From a virus (taxonomy: Duplodnaviria; Caudoviricetes), in the IMG/VR virus record IMGVR_UViG_3300042973_000021, positions 32,001 to 96,000 of that record: a DNA stretch of 64,000 nucleotides; one strand, written 5' to 3'. A model generated the notes under the pieces. That model was not told the origin of the DNA. It worked only from the letters and a program-made list of their open reading frames with translations, and searched no databases. How positions within the stretch are numbered: the stretch's first letter is position 1; each line of letters opens with the position of its first letter. Both the position numbers and the translations under genes were made by a program. This document shows positions 1 through 9,595 of this stretch, in pieces.

Positions 1-550
1 CAGCGTCACCATCAAAATCCGATGCCTCGAGAATCTCATCAATCTGGCAAATGCCTTCGTTCCAGATGACATCTTCCGGCTTGACGTCCGATCCGAAAAA
101 GAACCGCGCTGCGTTGAGTGCCTTCCTGTCCAGAAACGGATATCTATTCTGAATAGCTGTCTTTACACTGTTATAAAGATCCGCGTCGGTATATTTCCTT
201 ACCGGAAACAGGATATGAAGCCTCGGTCTTGGAGACTTTTCGCCTTTCCACTTCATGTTGTTGCGGCTCGGCAGAATTACATGATCTACATCCTTCAGTT
301 CCTCATGCAGCTTCTCCGCCGTCATCCAATCATCCGGATTCTCCGAATGATCGTTGTCGCAATCCTGCGGTATGCAGAACGACTCCTCGAAGTTCTCGAT
401 TTTCCGATAGCTGTTCTTGTATTTTGCAAACACCTGATCATGCTTTGCTGCCTCTGCAATTCCCGCGGCATCCGTGATGACCTGCTTATGCGGATAGGTG
501 CAGTTCTCGGCATCCTCTCTGACATCCGCCGTGTATAAAATCACTTCCAT
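1..550 (-). CDS. Phage/plasmid primase (P4/D5-family), N-terminal part; runs off the left window edge
   Basis: Not in the ORF track. Manual translation from ATG 550 gives MEVILYTADVREDAENCTYPH...DCDNDHSENPDDW...SRNNMKWKGEKSPRPRLH...DRKALNAARFFFG, open to position 1. Resembles the N-terminus of Firmicute prophage primases. Confidence 0.75.
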   Translation of the reverse strand, partial: MEVILYTADVREDAENCTYPHKQVITDAAGIAEAAKHDQVFAKYKNSYRKIENFEESFCIPQDCDNDHSENPDDWMTAEKLHEELKDVDHVILPSRNNMKWKGEKSPRPRLHILFPVRKYTDADLYNSVKTAIQNRYPFLDRKALNAARFFFGSDVKPEDVIWNEGICQIDEILEASDFDGDA

Positions 551-554
551 ATAG

Positions 555-1313
555 TTAATCCTCCCTGAACAGGACGTATTCACGGCCCTGGTATTCTTCT
601 TTCAGCTTTCCCTTGATATATGGCTTCACATATGAAACGCGGCCATCTCTGTAATGGCGGTAATGACCTCGAACGCCCCATGCCGGACAATGCCATTCGG
701 TAAAATTTCTGTGGTTGACCTGAACCTTAGAAATATCTCCTTTGAAATGTGAGATACGGACCTTTCCCGGTTTCGTGAACGGCGCGGCAAGCGGCAGATT
801 GCTTCTGATGCCTTTCCTGTATTCCTTACGTTCGTTCAGCTCTATCGGTCTAAAGTGAAGCAGATACTGAATTGCAAAGAATGAAAGATATACGCAGTCC
901 TCATGGTCAGAAAGCTCATTATCTCCGTGTGCCGCAAGATACTCCGGCAATACAGCTCTTGCACCTTCCACCGTGCCGCTGGCTCCAATCCATTCATAGG
1001 TTTCCATGAAAAACATCGCCTTTCTGCCAAGCGTTGTGAAACAGATGCCCGCAAAGGCGCGGGAAGAATAAACTTTTCTTCCGTCCAGCGCTGGTGCAGG
1101 TACTTTCTCCGGATCGATGCCTTCCTCAAAAATCAACTCGCAATGTCCCTTATCATCTCTGCACTCCAGCATGAATTTCTCCAGTGCCGGATTATCGAGG
1201 AGTCTTTGCCGCTCAGAATCCTTGAGCTGTAATCCCAAGTCTGCTAAAGACTGAAGCTGTGATTCTGTAACAGCAATCCAGTTTGTGCGGATTTTCTCGT
1301 CGCTTTCTGTCAT
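555..1313 (-). CDS. Hypothetical phage protein (C-terminal WGVRGHYRHY..G..YVKPYIKG motif)
   Basis: 252-aa ORF with a 4-nt overlap to the upstream gene and a 4-nt gap to the primase. Confidence 0.7.
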   Translation of the reverse strand: MTESDEKIRTNWIAVTESQLQSLADLGLQLKDSERQRLLDNPALEKFMLECRDDKGHCELIFEEGIDPEKVPAPALDGRKVYSSRAFAGICFTTLGRKAMFFMETYEWIGASGTVEGARAVLPEYLAAHGDNELSDHEDCVYLSFFAIQYLLHFRPIELNERKEYRKGIRSNLPLAAPFTKPGKVRISHFKGDISKVQVNHRNFTEWHCPAWGVRGHYRHYRDGRVSYVKPYIKGKLKEEYQGREYVLFRED

Positions 1314-1660
1314 GCCCGCACCTCCTCACACGCTTCCGTGAAATAACGGATTGTCATCCTGCGCTGCCTTGCTCTGTCGATCTCCGTCTTCATGCCAGAG
1401 GATACCCGGCTGCCAAACACCCACAGCTCGTCGCATTTCCCGAGGAAGATCAGATCCATAAAGAGCGCAAGCTCTCGTTCACTGTCCTCCTTCATGTATT
1501 GCGGCAGCATCAGATGCGGCGTGAGCGGTATTGCTCCCTCATCTACTGCGAAGCGGCTGTACCTTCTCGCATCCTGAGTGTTCTTATCTGTATCGCCGGA
1601 ATATGGCGAGCAGACATAAACGAGCGGACGGTACTGCTTCTTCTGATTTGTGTTAGCCAT
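1310..1660 (-). CDS. DUF4406-like / nucleoside 2-deoxyribosyltransferase-fold phage protein
   Basis: VYVCSPYSGD...PHL...CDELWVFG...S.GM..EI motif. AAGGAG RBS before ATG 1660. Paralog of 62742..63161. Confidence 0.8.
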   Translation of the reverse strand: MANTNQKKQYRPLVYVCSPYSGDTDKNTQDARRYSRFAVDEGAIPLTPHLMLPQYMKEDSERELALFMDLIFLGKCDELWVFGSRVSSGMKTEIDRARQRRMTIRYFTEACEEVRA

Positions 1661-1711
1661 CGTCACTAACTCCTTTCGTTTATTTGTGAAAGGCTTTTCA
1701 TCCCTTCCGAT

Positions 1712-1870
1712 GGCTATGTAGCCAAACCGGTCATTTTTCCGGTCCCGGCAAAGAAATATTTCAAAACGCGCAAAAAGACCTGCATCGCTGCCTTTGAATA
1801 AGGAAGAAATGCAGGTCTTAAAAATTTTTTTGGATTTGACCGGAAAATCCGGGTGTTTGGCTACATAGCC
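1712..1870. promoter_or_regulatory. Pair of divergent, identically built promoter-like motifs GACCGGAAAA-N7-GTTTGGCTACATAGCC
   Basis: Plus copy at 1838-1870 and minus copy at 1744-1712, with an inner 11-bp inverted repeat (1775-1785/1809-1819), between divergent operons. Confidence 0.65.
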
Positions 1871-1892
1871 GGTGAAAGGAGGACAGACAGCC

Positions 1893-2111
1893 ATGCAGGA
1901 AACAAGAGAAATGAAATCACCGGCCGAAAAGCGTGAGCTGATCGATACGCTGATCGCCATCAGCGTTGTGTCAAGACGGCTGGCGAGAAAACTCGAAATG
2001 CAGATGTTAAAGGAGGACAAACATGGGCAAGATGAGCGAACTGTCGATGACGCTCGACGCGCTGATCGACACAGGGCAGAAGTTAACAGAATGCGGAGAA
2101 GAGCTGATTAA
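1893..2111 (+). CDS. Small hypothetical protein
   Basis: AAAGGAGG RBS before ATG 1893; first ORF of the rightward operon; overlaps the next gene. Confidence 0.5.
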   Translation: MQETREMKSPAEKRELIDTLIAISVVSRRLARKLEMQMLKEDKHGQDERTVDDARRADRHRAEVNRMRRRAD

Positions 2112-2391
2112 GACGGCAAGGGAAATCCGGGCTGCGTTCTCGGAGCCGGAACCCGCAGCAGAGCCGAAGGCCACTGCTCCGACGCAGGAAGAAGCTACCG
2201 CCACACCGGAGAAGGAGCCTGAGAAAACCTATACCAAAGAGGAAGTGCGAAAACTCCTCGCAGAGAAGTCGGTGGCAGGCTTCCGGGAACAGGCAAAGGC
2301 TCTGGTGAAGAAATACGGCGGAGGGAGTCTGACGGACGTCGATCCGGCGAAGTATCCCGACCTCGTCAAGGAAGCGGAGGCACTGCAATGA
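2023..2391 (+). CDS. Conserved phage replication-module protein (often labelled Rrp5-like)
   Basis: AAGGAGG RBS. N-terminal coil, Pro/Ala/Glu linker, C-terminal EEVR..LA.KS..G....KYG..L..VDP..Y..L domain. Confidence 0.75.
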   Translation: MGKMSELSMTLDALIDTGQKLTECGEELIKTAREIRAAFSEPEPAAEPKATAPTQEEATATPEKEPEKTYTKEEVRKLLAEKSVAGFREQAKALVKKYGGGSLTDVDPAKYPDLVKEAEALQ

Positions 2392-3509
2392 GCAAGCACG
2401 CACTGCTCTCCGCGTCATCGTGCCACCGATGGCTTCAGTGTCCGCCGAGCGCAAAGAGATGCGCCAGTGTTCCAGACCAGTCAAGCGAATACGCCAGACA
2501 GGGAACCGCCGCACATGAGCTCTGCCAGTACAAGGTAGAACACGCACTCGGCAGAAACGCGCGAGACCCGACTGAGGATCTGGATTATTTCGACGAGGAG
2601 ATGGACCGGTGTTCCGATCAGTACTGCTCTTATGTAACGGAGCAGGTCGAGGAAGCAAAGAAACACTGCGCTGATCCGGCAGTATTCGTAGAACAGCGAC
2701 TGGATTTCTCTCGCTGGGTGCCGGAAGGCTTCGGAACCGGCGACTGCGTGATCGCCGCGGATGAGCTTCTCCAGATCATCGATTACAAGCATGGTCTTGG
2801 AATACTCGTGAACGCCGAAATGAATCCGCAGATGATGTGTTACGCACTGGGAGCTTTGGAAATGTTCGATGGAATCTACGACATCGAGAATATTCGGATG
2901 ACCATCTTCCAGCCAAGGCGCGACAACATCAGCACCTTCGAGATTTCCAAGGCGGATCTTCTCAAATGGGCAGACGAGGTACTCGCTCCCGCCGCAAGGC
3001 TCGCCTACAAAGGTGAGGGAGAATACAAGGCCGGAGACCACTGCCAGTTCTGCGCCGTGAAAGCGACCTGCCGGAAACGCGCCGAGTACAATCTGGAGCT
3101 CGCGAAGTACGACTTCCAGATGCCGCCGGACTTATCCGACGATGAGATCGACATGGTTCTTATGAAGGCGGATGAGCTCGTATCCTGGGCGAACGACATT
3201 AAGGAATACGCCCTGCAGCAGGCTCTCTCCGGGACGGAATATCCTGATTTCAAAGTAGTAGCGGGACGCTCCGTCACGAAATATACCGATGAAGATGCTG
3301 TTGCAGAAACCGTAAAGAAGCTGGGCTATGAGCCCTACGAGCGAAAGCTCCTCGGCATCACGGCAATGAAATCTCTTCTCGGCAAGAAGCAGTTTGAAGA
3401 GGCTCTCGGTAGCCTGACTTACAAGCCACCGGGAAAACCGACACTCGTACCAAAGTCGGACAAGCGTCCGGCGATGAATACAGCAAAAACAGATTTTGAA
3501 AATGTTTAA
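2388..3509 (+). CDS. DUF2800 family PD-(D/E)XK (Cas4-like) nuclease
   Basis: HALLSASS.HRWL.CPPS, GTGD, IIDYKHG and HCQFC...C motifs. Confidence 0.85.
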   Translation: MSKHALLSASSCHRWLQCPPSAKRCASVPDQSSEYARQGTAAHELCQYKVEHALGRNARDPTEDLDYFDEEMDRCSDQYCSYVTEQVEEAKKHCADPAVFVEQRLDFSRWVPEGFGTGDCVIAADELLQIIDYKHGLGILVNAEMNPQMMCYALGALEMFDGIYDIENIRMTIFQPRRDNISTFEISKADLLKWADEVLAPAARLAYKGEGEYKAGDHCQFCAVKATCRKRAEYNLELAKYDFQMPPDLSDDEIDMVLMKADELVSWANDIKEYALQQALSGTEYPDFKVVAGRSVTKYTDEDAVAETVKKLGYEPYERKLLGITAMKSLLGKKQFEEALGSLTYKPPGKPTLVPKSDKRPAMNTAKTDFENV

Positions 3510-3522
3510 GGAGGACAAGATT

Positions 3523-4092
3523 ATGTCAAAGAAGTTTATCAATCCCACGAAGGTTATCACCGGCCCGCAGACCAGATGGAGCTATGCAAACGTCTGGGAC
3601 GCGAAATCCATCAACGGCGGCACGCCGAAATTCAGCGTCAGCCTCATCATCCCGAAGTCTGACACGGTGACCGTGAACAAGATCAAGGCAGCGATTCAGG
3701 CAGCTTACGAGGAAGGCGAGTCGAAGCTCAAGGGCAATTCCAGAAGCGTTCCTCCGCTTTCCGCAATCAAGACGCCTCTCCGTGATGGTGACGCTGAGCG
3801 TCCGGATGATCCGGCCTACGCAAACAGCTACTTCATCAACGCCAACAGCACCACGGCTCCCGGCATCGTGGATGCCGACCGCAATCCGATTCTGGAACGC
3901 AGCGAAGTCTACTCCGGCGTTTACGGCAGAACGTCCATCAATCTGTACGCTTTCAACACGAACGGCAACAAGGGTATCGCCTGCGGCCTGAACAATCTGC
4001 AGAAGATCCGCGATGGCGAACCGCTCGGAAGCAGAAGCCGCGCCGAGGACGACTTCGACATTGACGATGATGACGACGATTTTCTGAACTGA
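3523..4092 (+). CDS. DUF2815 family phage single-stranded DNA-binding protein
   Basis: PLRDGD, YSGVYGR, GNKGIACGLNN motifs and acidic C-terminal tail ending DDDFLN. Confidence 0.88.
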   Translation: MSKKFINPTKVITGPQTRWSYANVWDAKSINGGTPKFSVSLIIPKSDTVTVNKIKAAIQAAYEEGESKLKGNSRSVPPLSAIKTPLRDGDAERPDDPAYANSYFINANSTTAPGIVDADRNPILERSEVYSGVYGRTSINLYAFNTNGNKGIACGLNNLQKIRDGEPLGSRSRAEDDFDIDDDDDDFLN

Positions 4093-4171
4093 TTGCAAAT
4101 AACTGAAAACCATAGTGGGCGGCGGCTGTCCCGCCGCTGTCCACGGCAATTTAAGAAAAGAGGTATACATC

Positions 4172-4369
4172 ATGGAACTTGCAAACAATGTAGTAGCTTT
4201 GATCGCCAACAGCTTATGCTGCGTCCTTATCCTGGCATTTATCGTCGGAGTGGTTCAGGGCATCCGCTTCATGCTTCAGGCAAAGAATCAGGACAAGGAA
4301 GAATATGAGCTCAAGAAGGAAAAGGAACAGCTCGATCTGGAAGAACAGAAAGCGCGTTTGAAAAACTGA
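4172..4369 (+). CDS. Small predicted membrane protein
   Basis: GAGGT RBS, one hydrophobic segment followed by a charged tail. Confidence 0.55.
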   Translation: MELANNVVALIANSLCCVLILAFIVGVVQGIRFMLQAKNQDKEEYELKKEKEQLDLEEQKARLKN

Positions 4370-4437
4370 ATAAAACAATCGAAACGGCGGGCGGCAGGGT
4401 TCTCTCTGCCGCCTTTGCCAATTCAGGAGGAATTTGA

Positions 4438-6426
4438 ATGCATGAGTTAGATATAGATTTGGAGACGTACAGCAGCAACGACCTGTCAAAATGCGGCGTT
4501 TATAAATATTCCGAAGCCGATGACTTTGAGATTCTGCTGTTCGGATATTCTGCTGACGGCGGCGAAGTCCAAGTAATTGATCTGGCCTCGGGAGAATCCA
4601 TCCCGGATGAAATAATAGATGCCCTGACCGATGACGATGTAATCAAATGGGCGCATAACAGCCAGTTCGAGAGAATCTGCCTTTCCCGGTACCTGCGCGA
4701 CCGCGGCATCAGTCTTGATCCGTTCCACGACAATCACCCGCTGTCGACTGAGTGTGCAAAATATCTGAACCCGGAAAGCTGGCGCTGTTCCATGATTTGG
4801 GGAGCATATCTCGGGCTGCCATTATCGCTTGATAAAGTCGGCAGTGTCCTGAAACTGGAGCAGAGAAAAATGTCAGAAGGCAAAGCTCTGATACGGTACT
4901 TCTGTGTCCCATGCGCTCCCACGAAATCAAACGGCGGACGCACAAGGAATCTCCCGGCAGATGATCCGGGAAAATGGTCGGTTTTCAAAGCGTACAACAA
5001 GCGTGATGTTGAGGTGGAAATAAAGATAAAAGCCCGGCTGCAAGGATTCCCTGTACCGGACTTTGTATGGGATGAATATCACATTGATCAGGAGATCAAC
5101 GACAGAGGCATTCTGATTGATATGGAGCTTGTGGACAGCGCAATTGCAATGGACGACCGCTCCAAGCAGGAGCTGTCGGATAAAATGAAGGAGCTGACGC
5201 ATCTGGATAATCCGGGCAGCGTGCAGCAGATGAAGCAGTGGCTCGCTGACAACGGTATGGAGATGGAGAGTCTCGGCAAAAAGGAAGTCGCCGCTGCCAT
5301 CAAGACTGCTCCGCCAGAACTCGCTAATATTCTCACGCTACGCCAACAGCTCGCAAAATCCTCGGTCAAGAAATACCAGGCGATGAAAACGGCGGTCTGC
5401 AAGGATGGCCGGGCGCACGGGATGTTTCAATTTTACGGAGCGAACCGCAGCGGGCGCTGGGCTGGACGTATTATTCAATTGCAGAATTTGCCGCAGAATC
5501 ACATCCCGGATCTGGAACAAGCGAGAAAACTTGTGAAGACAGGCGACTACGAAATGGTGTCGATGCTGTATGGCGATGTGCCGGATACGCTATCCCAGCT
5601 CATCCGCACCGCCTTCATTCCTAAGCCGGGATACAAGTTCGTCGTCAGTGATTTCTCCGCCATCGAGGCGAGGGTGCTGTCCTATCTCGCAAATGAGAAG
5701 TGGCGTATCGACGTCTTTAACAACAACGGCGATATTTACTGCGCATCAGCCAGTGCAATGTTCGGTGTTCCGGTTGAAAAGCATGGGCAGAACGCACACC
5801 TGCGGCAGAAAGGCAAAATTGCGGAATTGGCTCTCGGTTACGGCGGCTCAGTCGGAGCGTTGAAGGCGATGGGCGCACTCGACATGGGACTTACTGAAGA
5901 CGAGCTTTATCCGCTTGTATCCTCATGGCGCGCTGCCAATCCGAACATCGTGCAGTTCTGGTGGGACGTCGACCGCTGCGTTACCGATACCGTTCAGAAG
6001 CATCTTCGCACAGAGACGCATGGTATTGTCTTCAGCTATAAGTCCGGCATGATATTTATCACACTTCCATCCGGCAGACGACTTTCCTACGTAAAACCGA
6101 GGATGGGGCTGAACCGATTCGGTTCGGAATCTGTCACTTACATGGGAATCAGCTCCACGAAGAAATGGGAACGAATCGAGAGCTACGGTCCGAAATTCGT
6201 GGAAAATATCGTGCAGGCGATCAGCCGAGACATTCTCGCCTACGCCATGAAGACACTCCGCTGCTGCGCCATCGTCGGACACGTCCACGATGAGCTGATT
6301 ATCGAGTGCGATCCGTGCGTATCACTTGATGCTGTCTGTGAGCAGATGGGCCGGACGCCGCCGTGGGTACCGGGACTCAAGCTGAATGCGGACGGGTATG
6401 AGTGCCAGTTTTATATGAAAAGCTGA
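4438..6426 (+). CDS. Phage-type family A DNA polymerase with 3'-5' exonuclease
   Basis: DLET (ExoI), DFSAIEAR (motif A), RQKGKIAELALGYG (motif B), VHDE (motif C). Confidence 0.93.
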   Translation: MHELDIDLETYSSNDLSKCGVYKYSEADDFEILLFGYSADGGEVQVIDLASGESIPDEIIDALTDDDVIKWAHNSQFERICLSRYLRDRGISLDPFHDNHPLSTECAKYLNPESWRCSMIWGAYLGLPLSLDKVGSVLKLEQRKMSEGKALIRYFCVPCAPTKSNGGRTRNLPADDPGKWSVFKAYNKRDVEVEIKIKARLQGFPVPDFVWDEYHIDQEINDRGILIDMELVDSAIAMDDRSKQELSDKMKELTHLDNPGSVQQMKQWLADNGMEMESLGKKEVAAAIKTAPPELANILTLRQQLAKSSVKKYQAMKTAVCKDGRAHGMFQFYGANRSGRWAGRIIQLQNLPQNHIPDLEQARKLVKTGDYEMVSMLYGDVPDTLSQLIRTAFIPKPGYKFVVSDFSAIEARVLSYLANEKWRIDVFNNNGDIYCASASAMFGVPVEKHGQNAHLRQKGKIAELALGYGGSVGALKAMGALDMGLTEDELYPLVSSWRAANPNIVQFWWDVDRCVTDTVQKHLRTETHGIVFSYKSGMIFITLPSGRRLSYVKPRMGLNRFGSESVTYMGISSTKKWERIESYGPKFVENIVQAISRDILAYAMKTLRCCAIVGHVHDELIIECDPCVSLDAVCEQMGRTPPWVPGLKLNADGYECQFYMKS

Positions 6427-6427
6427 A

Positions 6428-6466
6428 AAGAGTGGCTCCTGAATCATTCTGCAGGAGCCACTTCTT
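6428..6466. terminator. Probable bidirectional intrinsic terminator
   Basis: 11-bp stem AGTGGCTCCTG/CAGGAGCCACT between the convergent polymerase and abiA genes. Confidence 0.7.
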
Positions 6467-7680
6467 ATATTATCTTTTTTGCGCAGCCCATTGGCTATAG
6501 TGTTGAGCAGCATAAGCATCAATCAGACGATCTAAGTCTTCTTGCGATTTTTCCAAATCCTTACTGGAATTATTGCTGTCTATAAGATCCGCTGAAGAAT
6601 GACATAATGGATTCTGATTTCTAAACTGATGTGCATTTTTAATGGTGGAATCACAATTATAAATGCCATCATATAGCTTCTTAAACGCAGGCTCTTTGTA
6701 ATAGGCCTTGTAATTTGGCTTTTTACACGTCGGATCTACTCCAGATCGAAACGCCATATCCGCAGAAATCCTGTCGAAGAAATTCTTATAATACGCATAT
6801 GCCCCAAGGTAATTTGAACGGTTCTCTTCGCATATATGCATAAAGTAAAGAAACAACGCCTTTCTATCTTTTCCGATCGCATATAGATAACGATTCCACT
6901 TTAATGGTCGTAGCTGACTAAGAAAGCTTCTTTTACATGAGTATTCATAATATGAATATAAATCAGGGCTTTTCTCCCTAAGAATTTTTAGCAAATCTAT
7001 ATGCTGAAACTTACTCTGAATCAAATATGCAATGGCTATAGTTGTATCATATGAATTCCATATGCCCGCTCTATATCTTATAAACAGCTGATTTAGCATA
7101 GCTTTGATCGCACTATCACTTCCAGACTGCATCACCATTACAGACAACCTCTTGGGATCAATTGATAAAAAAGAAATATCCTGTTCAATGATTCTGAGTA
7201 ATTCTGTAGTAGTATCAGGCTTTTTCAGTTCCGTTTGGTTTTCATAAACGAAGTAATTATAAACTGACATCGCAGTAAGCTCGATATCATCTGAATGAAA
7301 ATGCTCTTCAATAAGATTGAGATATTGTTCATATGTGATTCCATGATTTTGAACGCATTTATATACATCTTTCAGAAATTCACATATTCTGTCATTAAAG
7401 AGTTCTCCAAGAGAATGTTCTATTCCATTAATGTATTCATCATACAAAGACCTTTTCAAGCTTTCATTTATTTCGCCACATCTTTTAAGAGCACATTTTC
7501 CCACATTCAGAGACAGCCCATGATCTTTTAATATTGATGAATATGCATTTTTTATCGTGTTATATGTGCGTTTAAGATCTTCAAAATCTGTATCTGTTGA
7601 AAAAAGAATATACAGATCATCAACATAACGTATCATGTGGAAATCTTTAAAATTTCCCACATTTGTCTTTATAAAAGAAT

Positions 7681-8897
7681 GGTAGATTGTAAAATGAACT
7701 TGAACAGCTGAATAGAGTAAAATCCATAGTGGATTTCTGGTAGAATAAAGTCGCGAAACAAAAATTCACCGAAAGGAGTCCACTATGGATCAACTTAATT
7801 CTACCATGATTACACCCGATCGCGAAAGGGGTCAGCACCTGAGATTTGAAGAAAGATGCAGTATCAGGATCTTCAAAAAGCTTGGTTACTCTCTCCGCAA
7901 GATTGCTCAGCAGATCGACTGCTCTCCATCCACTGTGATGTACGAACTTCGGCGTGGTACAGGCGAACGCAGGGGCAGCAGAGGAAGATTTCCACAATAC
8001 TCCGCCAGACGTGGCCAGCAGAACTATGAGATCAATCGATCCCGTTGTCACAAGGCACACAAGATTGCGGGTGCCCAGCCCTTCCTGGAATGGATGTATG
8101 GAAAGATCAAACATCACAAGTGGTCTCTTGATGCCTGTGTGGGTTATGCCAAACGGGAGCAGCTGTTTCCAGCAGAACAGATTCCATGCACAAAAACTTT
8201 GTACAATGAGCTCTGGGCAGGAAATCTCGAGATTCACCCTGCAGATGTTCCGGAAGCACTGTCCAGAAAGTCCCACAAAAATCACAGAGTCCGCCAGAAC
8301 AAGCATATCCTGGGCAAAAGCATCGAAGAACGCCCTGAGGAAGTGATGGAACGGATTCACTGTGGTCACTGGGAGATTGATACGGTAGTAGGCCATAAAA
8401 GCGGCAAAGAATCGGTTGTCCTTACTCTGCTTGAGAAGAAGACTGATTACTATATGGCCATCAAAATCCCGGGAAAGGACGCTGACTCTGTCATGACGGC
8501 TCTGGAAGTGTTGCGTGAAGAATACCAGGAGCACTTCACGGAGATCTTCCAATCCATTACAGCCGACAATGGCAATGAGTTTGCCAGACTTTGTGAGATG
8601 GAAAAATATGGTATATATGTATATTTTGCCCATCCATATTCGTCCTGGGAAAGGCCACAGAATGAACGGCACAATCGCATTCTTCGCAGATTTATTCCCA
8701 AGGGTGCCTCGATAGAGCGATACAGTGCGGAACAAATCTGCAGCTTTGCAGATGAGATCAACGCATTGCCCCGAAAGGCGCTAGGCTACTGCACTCCAGA
8801 GGAGCTATTCGAGAAGTTTCTCGATCAGGTATATTCAGTTGACAAGGTTCAATCAGCTTCGTAACTGCTACTGTTCAATTTGAACTTGCAATTTACG
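7681..8897 (+). mobile_element. IS30-family insertion sequence
   Basis: Imperfect ~27-bp terminal inverted repeats; 13-bp target duplication TTTATAAAAGAAT at 7668-7680 and 8898-8910. Confidence 0.9.
7785..8864 (+). CDS. IS30-family DDE transposase
   Basis: N-terminal HTH, GHWEIDTV, TADNGNEF, HPYSSWERPQNE, PRKALGY. Confidence 0.95.
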   Translation: MDQLNSTMITPDRERGQHLRFEERCSIRIFKKLGYSLRKIAQQIDCSPSTVMYELRRGTGERRGSRGRFPQYSARRGQQNYEINRSRCHKAHKIAGAQPFLEWMYGKIKHHKWSLDACVGYAKREQLFPAEQIPCTKTLYNELWAGNLEIHPADVPEALSRKSHKNHRVRQNKHILGKSIEERPEEVMERIHCGHWEIDTVVGHKSGKESVVLTLLEKKTDYYMAIKIPGKDADSVMTALEVLREEYQEHFTEIFQSITADNGNEFARLCEMEKYGIYVYFAHPYSSWERPQNERHNRILRRFIPKGASIERYSAEQICSFADEINALPRKALGYCTPEELFEKFLDQVYSVDKVQSAS

Positions 8898-9595
8898 TTT
8901 ATAAAAGAATGGAGCTCTGTATCGATTTTATCAAGGTAAATAACTGTAGCAAGATATGAAGATGCCATACTATTTTCTATAAGTGGGTAATCTCCATTTC
9001 CACAAAAAAGCAAAAGCTCTTTCATAAGAAGAATTTCACTCTGAGAAATTTCTTGTGTTGAACTATTACATACTTCATCAATTCTGGCCATCAGTTCATT
9101 TACATTGATGTTCCCGTAAAAATTTGTAATATCTGTCTTTATAAAATACTGACATTCCTGAGCATATGCATTGATTGCTTTATAAAAATTATCATAATCA
9201 TGCCCATATTTTGCGCGTGATTGGTTATAGTTCCCTGCGTAAAAAACTTCTATGTCATTTGGGCGTTCTGGAATATATTTACATGAAATTTCTTTTCCTA
9301 TTGATTGAAGCACCAAAAATAATAACGGAGAAATCAAAGCAGAATTCCGGAAGCTGCCGTCACCCTTTTGGATAAAATTTTCAGAATGGCGCATAACTTC
9401 AGGGAATAAAACAAAACCTCCAGAATCTATATACTTATCAAAGAATTCTCTGCTTTTTATCAGTTCCTTATCGTCGTCTGATATTTTTGTGTAAGGAAAC
9501 CACTGCAGATATGCTTTTAAAGAACCCTGCGAAATTGAAAAATACATTTCGCATATCTCTTTCCATACGTCATATGAAATACCAAACATCTAATC

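Larger units (their letters stand above)
6470..9589 (-). pseudogene. abiA: AbiA-family reverse transcriptase-HEPN abortive infection protein, split by IS30
   Basis: N-half has FIKTDITNFY; C-half has RYVDD and C-terminal RNQNPLCH (HEPN-like). Removing the IS plus one duplication (1230 bp) restores a single 629-aa frame (...ELHSFIKTNVGNFKDFHMIRYVDD...). AT-rich. Confidence 0.85.

Noticed and set aside
2388-3509. Cas4-like protein as evidence of CRISPR-Cas
   Set aside because: No repeat-spacer array or other cas genes were seen; the context is the usual DUF2800-SSB-polymerase phage module
7647-8735. 362-aa minus-strand ORF within IS30
   Set aside because: Antisense to the transposase and not in the abiA frame
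6470-9589. RT as a retron, DGR or group II intron
   Set aside because: No room for an upstream ncRNA (6-nt gap), no TR/VR pair noticed, no QG motif or maturase domain; the C-terminal HEPN-like motif and size fit AbiA
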